Origin: a virus
Reading direction: 5' to 3' (one strand)
Virus record (IMG/VR): IMGVR_UViG_3300009509_000706
Span: 3,466 to 67,465 of that record
DNA: 64,000 bases
Within the stretch, counting starts at the first letter, position 1. Each line of letters begins with the position of its first letter. The notes under the pieces were generated by a model that saw only the letters and a list, made by a program, of their open reading frames with translations, made no database searches and was not told the DNA's origin. Made by a program: the position numbers and the translations under genes. This document shows positions 56,183 to 64,000 of this stretch, one piece after another.

Positions 56183-56550
56183 AAGCCGATCAACTAGCCA
56201 TTATTGGATTCATTATTACTATTATCATGCTTCTGATAAATGCTGTTCTGTGGTATATTGCGTTGCAGAAAATAAAAAGGGGCCGTGCATTATCATGGTT
56301 TATTTCTAGTGCCGAACCCTCTGATTCTGAACCATGGCATGTTACTCATACTAAACTTGAACCGTGGTTCACTACTCGCTGCGAAACGTGCAAGCATGAA
56401 GTCGCCTTTGATGATCCGATTGAGCCAGGACAAGTATCTGTTGTGCGTTGTCCACAATGCGGCGATGCTTGGGCCGCTGTGCTTCCATCGGTTTATGTAG
56501 TTAAGGCCGATAGGCTAGAGTTGAAACAGGAACAACTTATTAGTGGCTAA
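56179..56550 (+). CDS. Membrane-anchored Zn-ribbon protein
   Basis: N-terminal TM; CETC...CPQCG. Confidence 0.55.
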   Translation: MKADQLAIIGFIITIIMLLINAVLWYIALQKIKRGRALSWFISSAEPSDSEPWHVTHTKLEPWFTTRCETCKHEVAFDDPIEPGQVSVVRCPQCGDAWAAVLPSVYVVKADRLELKQEQLISG

Positions 56551-58054
56551 AGTATATAGTATACAACCGAGGTTTATACATGGCAACGTTGCCACAGGCG
56601 GCTGGGCATGGGTTGATTATCTGTTTTCCAATTATACTAAAGAGAAACTGCCGCCCTATGGCTCTTATGACCGTGATGCATATCTTGCCGAAGCCTGGAA
56701 ACATGAGCCAATATTATCTGGTATTCTGAACGCCTATACAGAGCGGTTGCAAACCAGACAATGGACGGTAACGGGCGGCAAGATAAATGCAACGCGGGAA
56801 GCTCGCAAATTACACGATGCTGAGGGCGGTAAGGGGTTCACCTATTATATTGGCCTTGAGGGCCTTGACTTTTTGGCGACAGATAAGGGAGCCTGGGCAG
56901 AGTTAGGGCGTAGACGTAAAGGCTCAACCTTTGGGCCAGTACTCGGCATACAACACCTCGATAGCGTGCGCATGGTGCGCAGTTATGACCGCAATAAAAA
57001 GACTGCATTCTGGTATTATCTGCCAGAATATGGCGAAGCTGTAGCGATACCAGATGAAAACTTATTGCGCATTATTCCAGCAGCCAGTGGCCGTGATAGA
57101 TTCAGGGGATTCGGTTATTGTGCCGTTAGTCGCCTATACGACGCGCTTGAGTTAATGATCGGATTCTTACAATACTATCGCCAGAAGATTGGCAACCTTC
57201 CGCCGCAGTGGGTTGCAATTTGGTCGGGCATATCACGCGAAAAGTTGGAAACGGCCTATCGCACCTATATGATGGAAAGGCAGAATAAAGAGAGCGAAAT
57301 TTGGCCTGGTGTATTCAATCTTGGCAATGACGATCCGCTAAATCCTGTATCCCTTAGCTTGCAATCCCTCATCGGATTGCCAGAGAGTTTTGATTGGGAT
57401 GTTATGCAAGAATGGTGGGCCAAAGTCGTTGTTTTGAATATAGGCGAGGCTATAGGTGATTATTGGTTGATTCGGCACGCTGGTATAGGTGGTGGGCAAG
57501 CATATTCTGTGCAAGCAGAAAAGGCGCGGGGTAGAGGCACTGGCAGGTTCATACATGAGGTAGAACTGCGCTTTAATACCGAAATCATGCCAGTCGGCGT
57601 TACTTTCAAATTCGATGCGCCAGACGATGAACAAGACAAGCTGGCCGCAGATATTCTGTCCACAAATATGCAGACGATAGAACGCATGGCGCGGGCAGGA
57701 ATGGAACGCGGCGAGTTTGTTTTTACTATCGAAGAGGTACGCAAATCGGCGATTGAGTGGGGCGTGATTGATCCAGAGATAGCAGGCGAGGATATACCAT
57801 CAGTTATTGGGGCGATGCTCAAATCACATTTGCCAGACAATGGCGAATTTGAGCCACAAGTTAGAGTCAATAATTCTTTGCAAATCTTCCCGATTCGCCA
57901 CAAATTCGCGGGAAAGACAGCAGATGCGGCCCGCAACTTGCTATATTTGTTAGAAAAATGCTATATTCCAGAGGCGGAACGTGCATATAGTGGTGTGGAA
58001 GGCGATAACGGCTCTCAGAAGCCTACACAAAATATTCAGGTACAAGCAAACTGA
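56543..58054 (+). CDS. Portal protein
   Basis: About 500 aa after TerL; GAWAEL, GIQHLDS, VTFKFD..D.EQD, TIEEVR. Confidence 0.75.
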   Translation: MAKVYSIQPRFIHGNVATGGWAWVDYLFSNYTKEKLPPYGSYDRDAYLAEAWKHEPILSGILNAYTERLQTRQWTVTGGKINATREARKLHDAEGGKGFTYYIGLEGLDFLATDKGAWAELGRRRKGSTFGPVLGIQHLDSVRMVRSYDRNKKTAFWYYLPEYGEAVAIPDENLLRIIPAASGRDRFRGFGYCAVSRLYDALELMIGFLQYYRQKIGNLPPQWVAIWSGISREKLETAYRTYMMERQNKESEIWPGVFNLGNDDPLNPVSLSLQSLIGLPESFDWDVMQEWWAKVVVLNIGEAIGDYWLIRHAGIGGGQAYSVQAEKARGRGTGRFIHEVELRFNTEIMPVGVTFKFDAPDDEQDKLAADILSTNMQTIERMARAGMERGEFVFTIEEVRKSAIEWGVIDPEIAGEDIPSVIGAMLKSHLPDNGEFEPQVRVNNSLQIFPIRHKFAGKTADAARNLLYLLEKCYIPEAERAYSGVEGDNGSQKPTQNIQVQAN

Positions 58055-58730
58055 ACCAGAGATACCTGCTGCATACTTGAAATTGTCTGAGGCTACGAGC
58101 CGCTATGAGCGAGACATAGCACGGCGCTGGGAGCAAGCAAAGCGCGAAGCTGAAGACGATGATCGGGGGGCCATAGCGGCTTTCATCGCTTGGTTCGTGA
58201 CTCAAGCGCGCAGGCGATGGGAACGCGCCTTGCTCAATATGCTTGGCATTGAAGAATTCACACCAGAACAACTTGAGGTGTTTGAGGCCGCACTGGCCGA
58301 ACACATACGTTATATACAAGATAGCCTTGAACCTGCTATCGTTGCTCAAATGGAACTCGATGACGATAGGTCTTTGGCAGAGAAATTACTGGCGCTTGAC
58401 CACCGGGTAACGGCCATGTATGCGGGCGCATTGTGGGCCGCCGGCTCGCTCATGTTTGCCATGTTCGACGGGGCACAGCCGCGTGACATGGTGGCCCTAT
58501 TCATGTTCGCTGGGCCGAATGATGCGAATACCTGCACGGGGCCGAGAGGTTGTGATCAATATGCCAACCATATCTTCCCGCTTGCTCAGATATTAGCTGA
58601 GGACATCATCCCTGGACATTTGGAGTGCTTGACGAATTGTCGGCACATGCTGTTGCCTATCGTGCGCATACCGGCAGGTGAGGAGCGACAAGATATTGCA
58701 GCGATGATGGAGGAGGAGGGAATACCATGA
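57981..58730 (+). CDS. Head morphogenesis (gpF/SPP1 gp7-like) protein
   Basis: After portal; DANTC...C...PGHLECLTNCRH; start uncertain. Confidence 0.6.
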   Translation: MHIVVWKAITALRSLHKIFRYKQTEPEIPAAYLKLSEATSRYERDIARRWEQAKREAEDDDRGAIAAFIAWFVTQARRRWERALLNMLGIEEFTPEQLEVFEAALAEHIRYIQDSLEPAIVAQMELDDDRSLAEKLLALDHRVTAMYAGALWAAGSLMFAMFDGAQPRDMVALFMFAGPNDANTCTGPRGCDQYANHIFPLAQILAEDIIPGHLECLTNCRHMLLPIVRIPAGEERQDIAAMMEEEGIP

Positions 58731-59092
58731 CCATACCAAGCGAAGTTGTGGCTGGCAAAATTGCATTGTGGGTGAAAAAAGAAACTGATAATGCCTATAC
58801 CTATGCCAGTTTAGGAGACATTGATCTAGAAAAGTTTATGCCATGTAAATTTGTTTTGTCCGCTATGACCCTTTGCGATCTCCTATTAGACCAATGTGCT
58901 ACAATAGAGCATGAGGGAGATAATATTTTCAGGATTGTAAATGCGCTTGATGGAAGCGCGGTTGCAATTAAAGTAGATGCTGACAAGGCTATTATCATGA
59001 AGCAATGGGCTAAAGATAAGGCTTTGATACACGTTGAAATGGATGAGAATGATAATCTTGTTCTTATACATATTGGGAAATGGAAGGCATAA
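58727..59092 (+). CDS. Hypothetical protein
   Basis: GGAGG RBS. Confidence 0.55.
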   Translation: MTIPSEVVAGKIALWVKKETDNAYTYASLGDIDLEKFMPCKFVLSAMTLCDLLLDQCATIEHEGDNIFRIVNALDGSAVAIKVDADKAIIMKQWAKDKALIHVEMDENDNLVLIHIGKWKA

Positions 59093-59095
59093 ACT

Positions 59096-59329
59096 ATGAA
59101 ACAAAGCAAAATTACCTATATAAAGAACGGGGCAAATAATTCATATCTTATTGAAGGGCGAGAAAATTGGTATTCTATAAGAATAACTTTCTTAGAAGTT
59201 CCAATTGAACATCATGATAGAGAAACACAAGATAATATTGTAAGAATGCTGAATGCCGAGCTTGAAAGGTACATGGATATGCTTATTCAGACTATACACA
59301 TTAAAAATACGGTTATCAATGGAACCTAG
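59096..59329 (+). CDS. Hypothetical protein
   Basis: Coupled ORF. Confidence 0.5.
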   Translation: MKQSKITYIKNGANNSYLIEGRENWYSIRITFLEVPIEHHDRETQDNIVRMLNAELERYMDMLIQTIHIKNTVINGT

Positions 59330-59684
59330 AGAACGCCTTTGGACAACACAAGAAATCATCAACGTCTTAGCGGCATTACATAGTGCACATAATACTTTGC
59401 CGTGGCCCTTTAAGTTTTTGCTTCGTGATTGGCATAAGGCATTAGGCAGAATCGGGGCATACATTGTTTACCAGTGCGCCATAGAATCATGGGAAGTTAA
59501 TATAGAAAGAATCTGGACGCACCAAGAGATATTGGGTATACTCACCATGCTATATGGCCGTGCTGGAAAAATTGGTAGGCTCGCCTTATCAGCAGCCTAC
59601 CATGCGCTTTATGGAACCACGCAAGAAGTAGAATTGGAGCAACTTGATCCTGAAGTGTGGGGAGATATAAAATGCCAAAGGTAG
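59319..59684 (+). CDS. Hypothetical protein with an internal duplication
   Basis: ERLWTTQEI / ERIWTHQEI repeats. Confidence 0.55.
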   Translation: MEPRERLWTTQEIINVLAALHSAHNTLPWPFKFLLRDWHKALGRIGAYIVYQCAIESWEVNIERIWTHQEILGILTMLYGRAGKIGRLALSAAYHALYGTTQEVELEQLDPEVWGDIKCQR

Positions 59685-60145
59685 AACCATGTCCTTTTTG
59701 CGGTAATGCTATTATTGAATATATGCAAGAATACAACGATTATCATTTCAATGGAAAAGGGCGGATGCGTTGCCCTCTTTGTCAAGCTGCTGGGCCGATT
59801 GTTCATTTTACACTTCCATCAGACGGCTCTATCATACTACAAGAAAATCATAAAAAGAATGAAGCTATAAGAAATTGGAGTCTCCGTAATGAGGCTAGGG
59901 CAGAGCCAGTAAATAAGGTGATAGCATTAAATACAAAAGATGTAACAGCGATACAACTTTCATACTCAAAAGTGTATCCCAAGAACTTAAGATTTACACT
60001 GGTTCCTTTCAGGTCGCAGTATTTTCATCATTTGGATGAATACGACAAAATAGATACAGCTTCAATTGAGCTTGAATATGAAGCCATTGAGTTTGTCGGC
60101 AACACAATTCTATACCACTTATCTGCAATAGAGATAAAGCGATGA
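59672..60145 (+). CDS. Lar-like Zn-ribbon protein
   Basis: VEPCPFCG...CPLCQAAGP...EAIRNW. Confidence 0.6.
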   Translation: MPKVEPCPFCGNAIIEYMQEYNDYHFNGKGRMRCPLCQAAGPIVHFTLPSDGSIILQENHKKNEAIRNWSLRNEARAEPVNKVIALNTKDVTAIQLSYSKVYPKNLRFTLVPFRSQYFHHLDEYDKIDTASIELEYEAIEFVGNTILYHLSAIEIKR

Positions 60146-60354
60146 TAGAAGAACGAACGACTTATTCCACCGGCGCAGCAAAGATTGTAGAAATGCCCGT
60201 CTCGATTGATGAGTGTTGCCTGCTCCAACGGCTCCGACAATTACGAAAAGAGGTATTGCAAAATCAGGAATTTCGTGTTATAATAGACGTAAGGTGGGAT
60301 GCTATGAAATGGTGGGTAGCAGAGAAGGGAGAGGGAGCAAGCCATGACAGGTGA
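60142..60354 (+). CDS. Small hypothetical protein
   Basis: Coupled ORF, LLQRLRQLR. Confidence 0.55.
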   Translation: MIEERTTYSTGAAKIVEMPVSIDECCLLQRLRQLRKEVLQNQEFRVIIDVRWDAMKWWVAEKGEGASHDR

Positions 60355-60613
60355 AGAATCAAAGAATTGCCTAATATTTGATAGTGTTATTGTACCCTGC
60401 CGAATATGGGAAACACTATTATTCGTTGGAAATGCGCCGCCTGCTAGGGAATGGGTAAAGCTAGAGTCGTATGCAGTTCGCTTTATTGGCCCATGTTGGT
60501 TAGTATGGCTTATTCACAAATTCAAGATAATAGTAGAAACAATTGCCCCACAAAAAAAGGACAGTAAATTTGAAGGACTTGCCGCCCTAGTTACAACGGG
60601 GCATAATGAATAG
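60344..60613 (+). CDS. Hypothetical protein
   Basis: GAGGGAG RBS. Confidence 0.5.
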   Translation: MTGEESKNCLIFDSVIVPCRIWETLLFVGNAPPAREWVKLESYAVRFIGPCWLVWLIHKFKIIVETIAPQKKDSKFEGLAALVTTGHNE

Positions 60614-60692
60614 TAGATAAGAACGAAAAGGCAACACGAAGAGGGGAATAGTAATAGAATAGGTGGGTAGCAAGTAAAGAAGAGGGTATGTC

Positions 60693-61013
60693 TTGACTAA
60701 AATAGAAGTTGAATTGATTGTAACCACAAGAGAAAAGAAGATTGTTATAATAGAACTGCCTATTTATAAACATATCACAAGCGATTATAGTACTATCTAT
60801 ACTAGAATCAATGAGGACTTAAGTGCCGTTCATATCCATAAAAGTATGAGACCTTGGGATAATGGCTATGGGTTCGAGATTTGGTTTGAAGATAGACATA
60901 TCTTTGATGGAAGCGCAGAAGATTATCGTCTTGGAAAAGGGATATATTCACTGTCTGAGGGCGAATTTTTAGAAGTATTGGCCGAATTGAAAAGGTCAAT
61001 CGAAACAATGTGA
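60693..61013 (+). CDS. Hypothetical protein
   Basis: GAGGG RBS, TTG start. Confidence 0.5.
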   Translation: MTKIEVELIVTTREKKIVIIELPIYKHITSDYSTIYTRINEDLSAVHIHKSMRPWDNGYGFEIWFEDRHIFDGSAEDYRLGKGIYSLSEGEFLEVLAELKRSIETM

Positions 61014-61276
61014 TATTAAGTGAAATGTACGATAAATATGGGATAGCTATCAAACAAGGTAATATCTACCTTTATAGCAATGATGGTGGATTAAACTATC
61101 GTCAGGTTGACTTCACCGAGTTGCCTACAGAGCTTCATTTTCCTATGGCTATCAGAGAATGTGAATTTGACTTTCGGGAAACCGAAAGAGAAATATCGGG
61201 TGTCTTAGAGCGTTATAGGGAAATTATTGCGGGATTTAGAAGACTATCCGACAAGTTATTAAATAAAAGTAATTAG
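61010..61276 (+). CDS. Hypothetical protein
   Basis: Coupled ORF. Confidence 0.5.
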   Translation: MILSEMYDKYGIAIKQGNIYLYSNDGGLNYRQVDFTELPTELHFPMAIRECEFDFRETEREISGVLERYREIIAGFRRLSDKLLNKSN

Positions 61277-61280
61277 GCTA

Positions 61281-61390
61281 TATAATTATCAACAAAATAG
61301 CCCCGGCCTAAATCCGGGGTAGCGGCTTAGAAAAACGCTAGAAAGTCTGGGCCAGTTCTGCGCGAAAGCGCGGGGCTGGCTTTTTTATTT
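61281..61390 (+). promoter_or_regulatory. Structured late leader ending in an intrinsic terminator
   Basis: TATAAT at 61281; hairpins at 61300-61320 and 61320-61340; 13-bp GAAA-loop stem at 61351-61380 plus T6. Confidence 0.7.
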
Positions 61391-61424
61391 GCCCAAGCGG
61401 GCTAGTAGTAAAACGGGTTAAATT

Positions 61425-63644
61425 ATGGACGTTCAAATTTTAAAGACGGGCGCAGTGGTAGTGGGTCACAAGGGCCAGGTATGGCTATTTGAGGCCCCAG
61501 CCAACGTTGCCGAGGAACTAAATAGCCTGGGCATTACGCCTAATGCTATTTTGCTTTCTCACATGGCCGCGCCAGGAATACGAGACCTTGAGGGAATCAA
61601 GACTTTGCAACAAATCCCTCTGCGGGGTGATGGCCTGGAAGCTGAAGCCGTCAAGGCGACACATGGTTGGGATTATACCGTATCGGCAGATGACGGCACG
61701 AAAGTACTCATCACGTCTCGTGGTGATGTATCGGTTGATGACGTGTTAAAGCACGACTTTGCCGTCATAGGCAACAAATATCGGGCAAATGCTTTTGATG
61801 ATTCTGTCGTCACCAGGCCCTGGGCCGCTGGGGCGTATCATGTTGCGCCAAAGGTTTATAGCAAGTTGTCTGAGGCAAATCCCGCCATTCGTGGCATAGA
61901 GCCAAAGGTGACGCTTGGACAGGCAAATTTGATCGCTCGTTGGGCAGATGGGATGGAACGCGCTGAGGATGGGCCAGAAAATGCCTGGGCGGCTGCTATT
62001 GCCATGTTCAAGCGAACACACAAAGTTGAAGGTGGGCGCTGGATGCGCAAGGCCGAAGAAGGTGAAATGGAATCAGAAAAAGCCGTGATGCCCTTCGTTT
62101 GTCCAGAATGTGGCTACCGGACGGAATCAGAAAGCGAATCGCCAAAATGTCCGGAATGCGGCAACAAGATGGTGCTTGATAGGCGGCGCCAAAGGGGCAG
62201 GTTGGTCAATCAATTGAGCCGTGATTTAACGAGTATGGCGGGCATTAAAACAGATTGCCAAGAATTGGAAGTAGAGAAGCAGGCTAATCACGTTTGCCGT
62301 GTGCGACCCTCTAATGATTTTCAAGAAGGCAGCTTTCGAGTTATTACCAGCGGTGATAAACCAGGGGCGGGGCCGCGTGATGGCAAACAACTAAAAATCC
62401 GTATCGGGCGACCAAAGGGCCAAGATACTACGACCGCTGAAGCCTATCTTTATCCTACTGGAACGTGGACTGAGGCACAGGCCCGTGAACACTGCGGGGA
62501 ACAAAAAGGTTCTTTCGAGGCAGCAAAACCAGAACGAGAAAAGGGATTGCAAGAAGTTATTGAAGTCATAAAAGAGTTGTTGCCAGAAGCGCCCGATCTT
62601 GAACGAGATTCACTAACAATATACAAATCATCTAATGGTACATGGCGCTGGGCAACCATCACTAGTGCCGCCATGTGGGATTTACAAGACGAATTCGTGA
62701 CACATAAGGCAATGGACTTTGCTATCACTTATGCAACTATAACGGATGATAGAGGCCCCCTACGTCACGAGCATATTCCTGGGCTAGACGTTGGAATATG
62801 CGAGCGGCAAATGCGGGCAGGGGATTATCTCTTCGAGGCTGGGAGCTTTTATGATACACCTTTCGCACAGGCAGCACGGAAGCGGTATCAAGAACAACCT
62901 GGCCTGTACAAAGTTTCAGCCGGCCTGCGCTTCAAGGAAAAAGACCGTGAAGACGGCGTATACAGGCGCGTAGTGATTTTCGAGCGATCTGCTACGAAAT
63001 CACCAGCCGTGCCGATAACAGCTTTAGGAGTAAATAATATGCCTCTCCAGATAACTGAAGAATTGTTGGAACAGGTTGCAGAAGATTTGAAACGTCCGCT
63101 GGATGAGGTTAAGGAGCTTTATGAGCGTGACTTGAAATCAGAAAAGCATGATAGTCTTGAAGCCTTCAAGACTGCCTTGCAGACTAGTCAGAATGAGAAA
63201 GCAATCAAGGCCGCCGTAGAGAAATTAACCGATGAACAGCGGGCATTGCTCGTCAAGAGTTTGGCCCCCGACCAAGAAGTAAAGAATGACAAAGAGAAAC
63301 AAGAGCAAGAGGCCGGGGGTTTAAAAGAAGAAGTCAAAGAATTGCGTGAGGCCGTCGCCGCGCAGACGAAGGCGCTGGCAACGATGGCCGAGGCATTGAA
63401 GGGCGGTAATGTACAGCAAGAGAGTCTGCAAGATACATTGACCGAATTGTTTAGCGCATTGCCGCGCAGTCAAGCCGCACAATTTGCAGCAGAAAAGACT
63501 GTAGCGACCGTTGATCTGGCAGCTATTCAGAAACAATTGAACGAGATTGGGGAAGCCGTAAAGAAAAATCAGCAGCCATTTTCTTTTGAAGCCATGTATG
63601 ACCAATTCACCAGCCAGACCTTGAATCGAGGGGGTGCGCAATGA
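61425..63644 (+). CDS. Multidomain prohead protease/scaffold protein
   Basis: Before capsid; DLQDEFV..LRHEH..VSAG..ERS..SPA protease-like core; C-terminal coiled coil; extra N-terminal domains. Confidence 0.7.
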   Translation: MDVQILKTGAVVVGHKGQVWLFEAPANVAEELNSLGITPNAILLSHMAAPGIRDLEGIKTLQQIPLRGDGLEAEAVKATHGWDYTVSADDGTKVLITSRGDVSVDDVLKHDFAVIGNKYRANAFDDSVVTRPWAAGAYHVAPKVYSKLSEANPAIRGIEPKVTLGQANLIARWADGMERAEDGPENAWAAAIAMFKRTHKVEGGRWMRKAEEGEMESEKAVMPFVCPECGYRTESESESPKCPECGNKMVLDRRRQRGRLVNQLSRDLTSMAGIKTDCQELEVEKQANHVCRVRPSNDFQEGSFRVITSGDKPGAGPRDGKQLKIRIGRPKGQDTTTAEAYLYPTGTWTEAQAREHCGEQKGSFEAAKPEREKGLQEVIEVIKELLPEAPDLERDSLTIYKSSNGTWRWATITSAAMWDLQDEFVTHKAMDFAITYATITDDRGPLRHEHIPGLDVGICERQMRAGDYLFEAGSFYDTPFAQAARKRYQEQPGLYKVSAGLRFKEKDREDGVYRRVVIFERSATKSPAVPITALGVNNMPLQITEELLEQVAEDLKRPLDEVKELYERDLKSEKHDSLEAFKTALQTSQNEKAIKAAVEKLTDEQRALLVKSLAPDQEVKNDKEKQEQEAGGLKEEVKELREAVAAQTKALATMAEALKGGNVQQESLQDTLTELFSALPRSQAAQFAAEKTVATVDLAAIQKQLNEIGEAVKKNQQPFSFEAMYDQFTSQTLNRGGAQ

Positions 63645-64000
63645 ACCTCGATCTGAATACTTTAATCAATATCTTGCAACAGACCCAACAGGCCCAACAG
63701 ACAGGTGGCTTGCCACTCACCGCTGGACTTGCACCTCATGGCTCCACCTTGACTATGAGACAATATCGCAAGTGGTTGGCAACTAACAATGTACAGAGCG
63801 TGAGTGTCAAAGGCAAAGTCGGTGGTATGTTGGAAACCATCAAATCTCGTTCTATTACCCTGGCCGATGCGCCGATGTATGGCTGCTCTGGTCTCTTTAA
63901 CCTGTGTGGCCCTGATGACGTGATCGGCCTGACTATGCAAGACGACCCGCTCGTAGCATGGCTTGGCTTTTTTGAGGACATTTACTGTGAGCGGTTCGTC
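63641..64000 (+). CDS. Major capsid protein, N-terminal part (runs off the window)
   Basis: ATGA-coupled to protease, open to the window end: MNLDLNTLINIL...YGCSGLFNLCGPDDVI; assigned mainly by position. Confidence 0.65.
   Translation, partial: MNLDLNTLINILQQTQQAQQTGGLPLTAGLAPHGSTLTMRQYRKWLATNNVQSVSVKGKVGGMLETIKSRSITLADAPMYGCSGLFNLCGPDDVIGLTMQDDPLVAWLGFFEDIYCERFV

Larger units (their letters stand above)
1..64000. mobile_element. Tailed phage genome (siphovirus-like, possible phage-plasmid), nearly complete and permuted
   Basis: TerS, TerL, portal, protease, capsid, tape measure, tail, holin and replication modules; no host housekeeping flank. Confidence 0.95.

Noticed and set aside
1-64000. 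Alternative genetic code (stop codon reassignment)
   Set aside because: Core genes are full length in the standard code and use all three stop codons

Overview
The window is most of the genome of a tailed dsDNA phage with a long non-contractile tail (no sheath gene seen). The host is probably Chloroflexota/Anaerolineae-like, inferred from an SPLATP-type lipoprotein and a TadE-like protein. Left to right: (1) 1-9.6 kb, a sugar-nucleotide and glycosylation cluster (two GT2 glycosyltransferases, NDP-sugar epimerase, WbpB/WbpE/WbpD-like oxidoreductase, aminotransferase and N-acetyltransferase, two SAM methyltransferases) interleaved with a TadE pseudopilin and small beta-rich proteins. (2) 9.6-22.8 kb, neck, tail, tape measure, tail tip and holin genes. 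(3) 23-31.8 kb, rightward accessory genes including a ParM/ParR-like pair. (4) 32-49.5 kb, leftward replication and recombination genes (RecT, DnaB, initiator, primase, SNF2-MTase fusion, RuvC, LexA-type HTH). (5) 49.6-64 kb, dcd, thyA, terminase, portal, gpF-like protein, a multidomain prohead protease and the start of the major capsid gene. No integrase, CI-type peptidase repressor, endolysin, tRNA or CRISPR array was seen. The best candidates for undescribed biology are an RNA regulatory layer and the glycosylation module. The RNA layer has three C4/CI-like antisense switches with distinct box sequences and several promoter-to-terminator sRNA units, two of which are complementary to phage ribosome-binding sites. 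All family assignments come from motif recognition by eye, not database searches.
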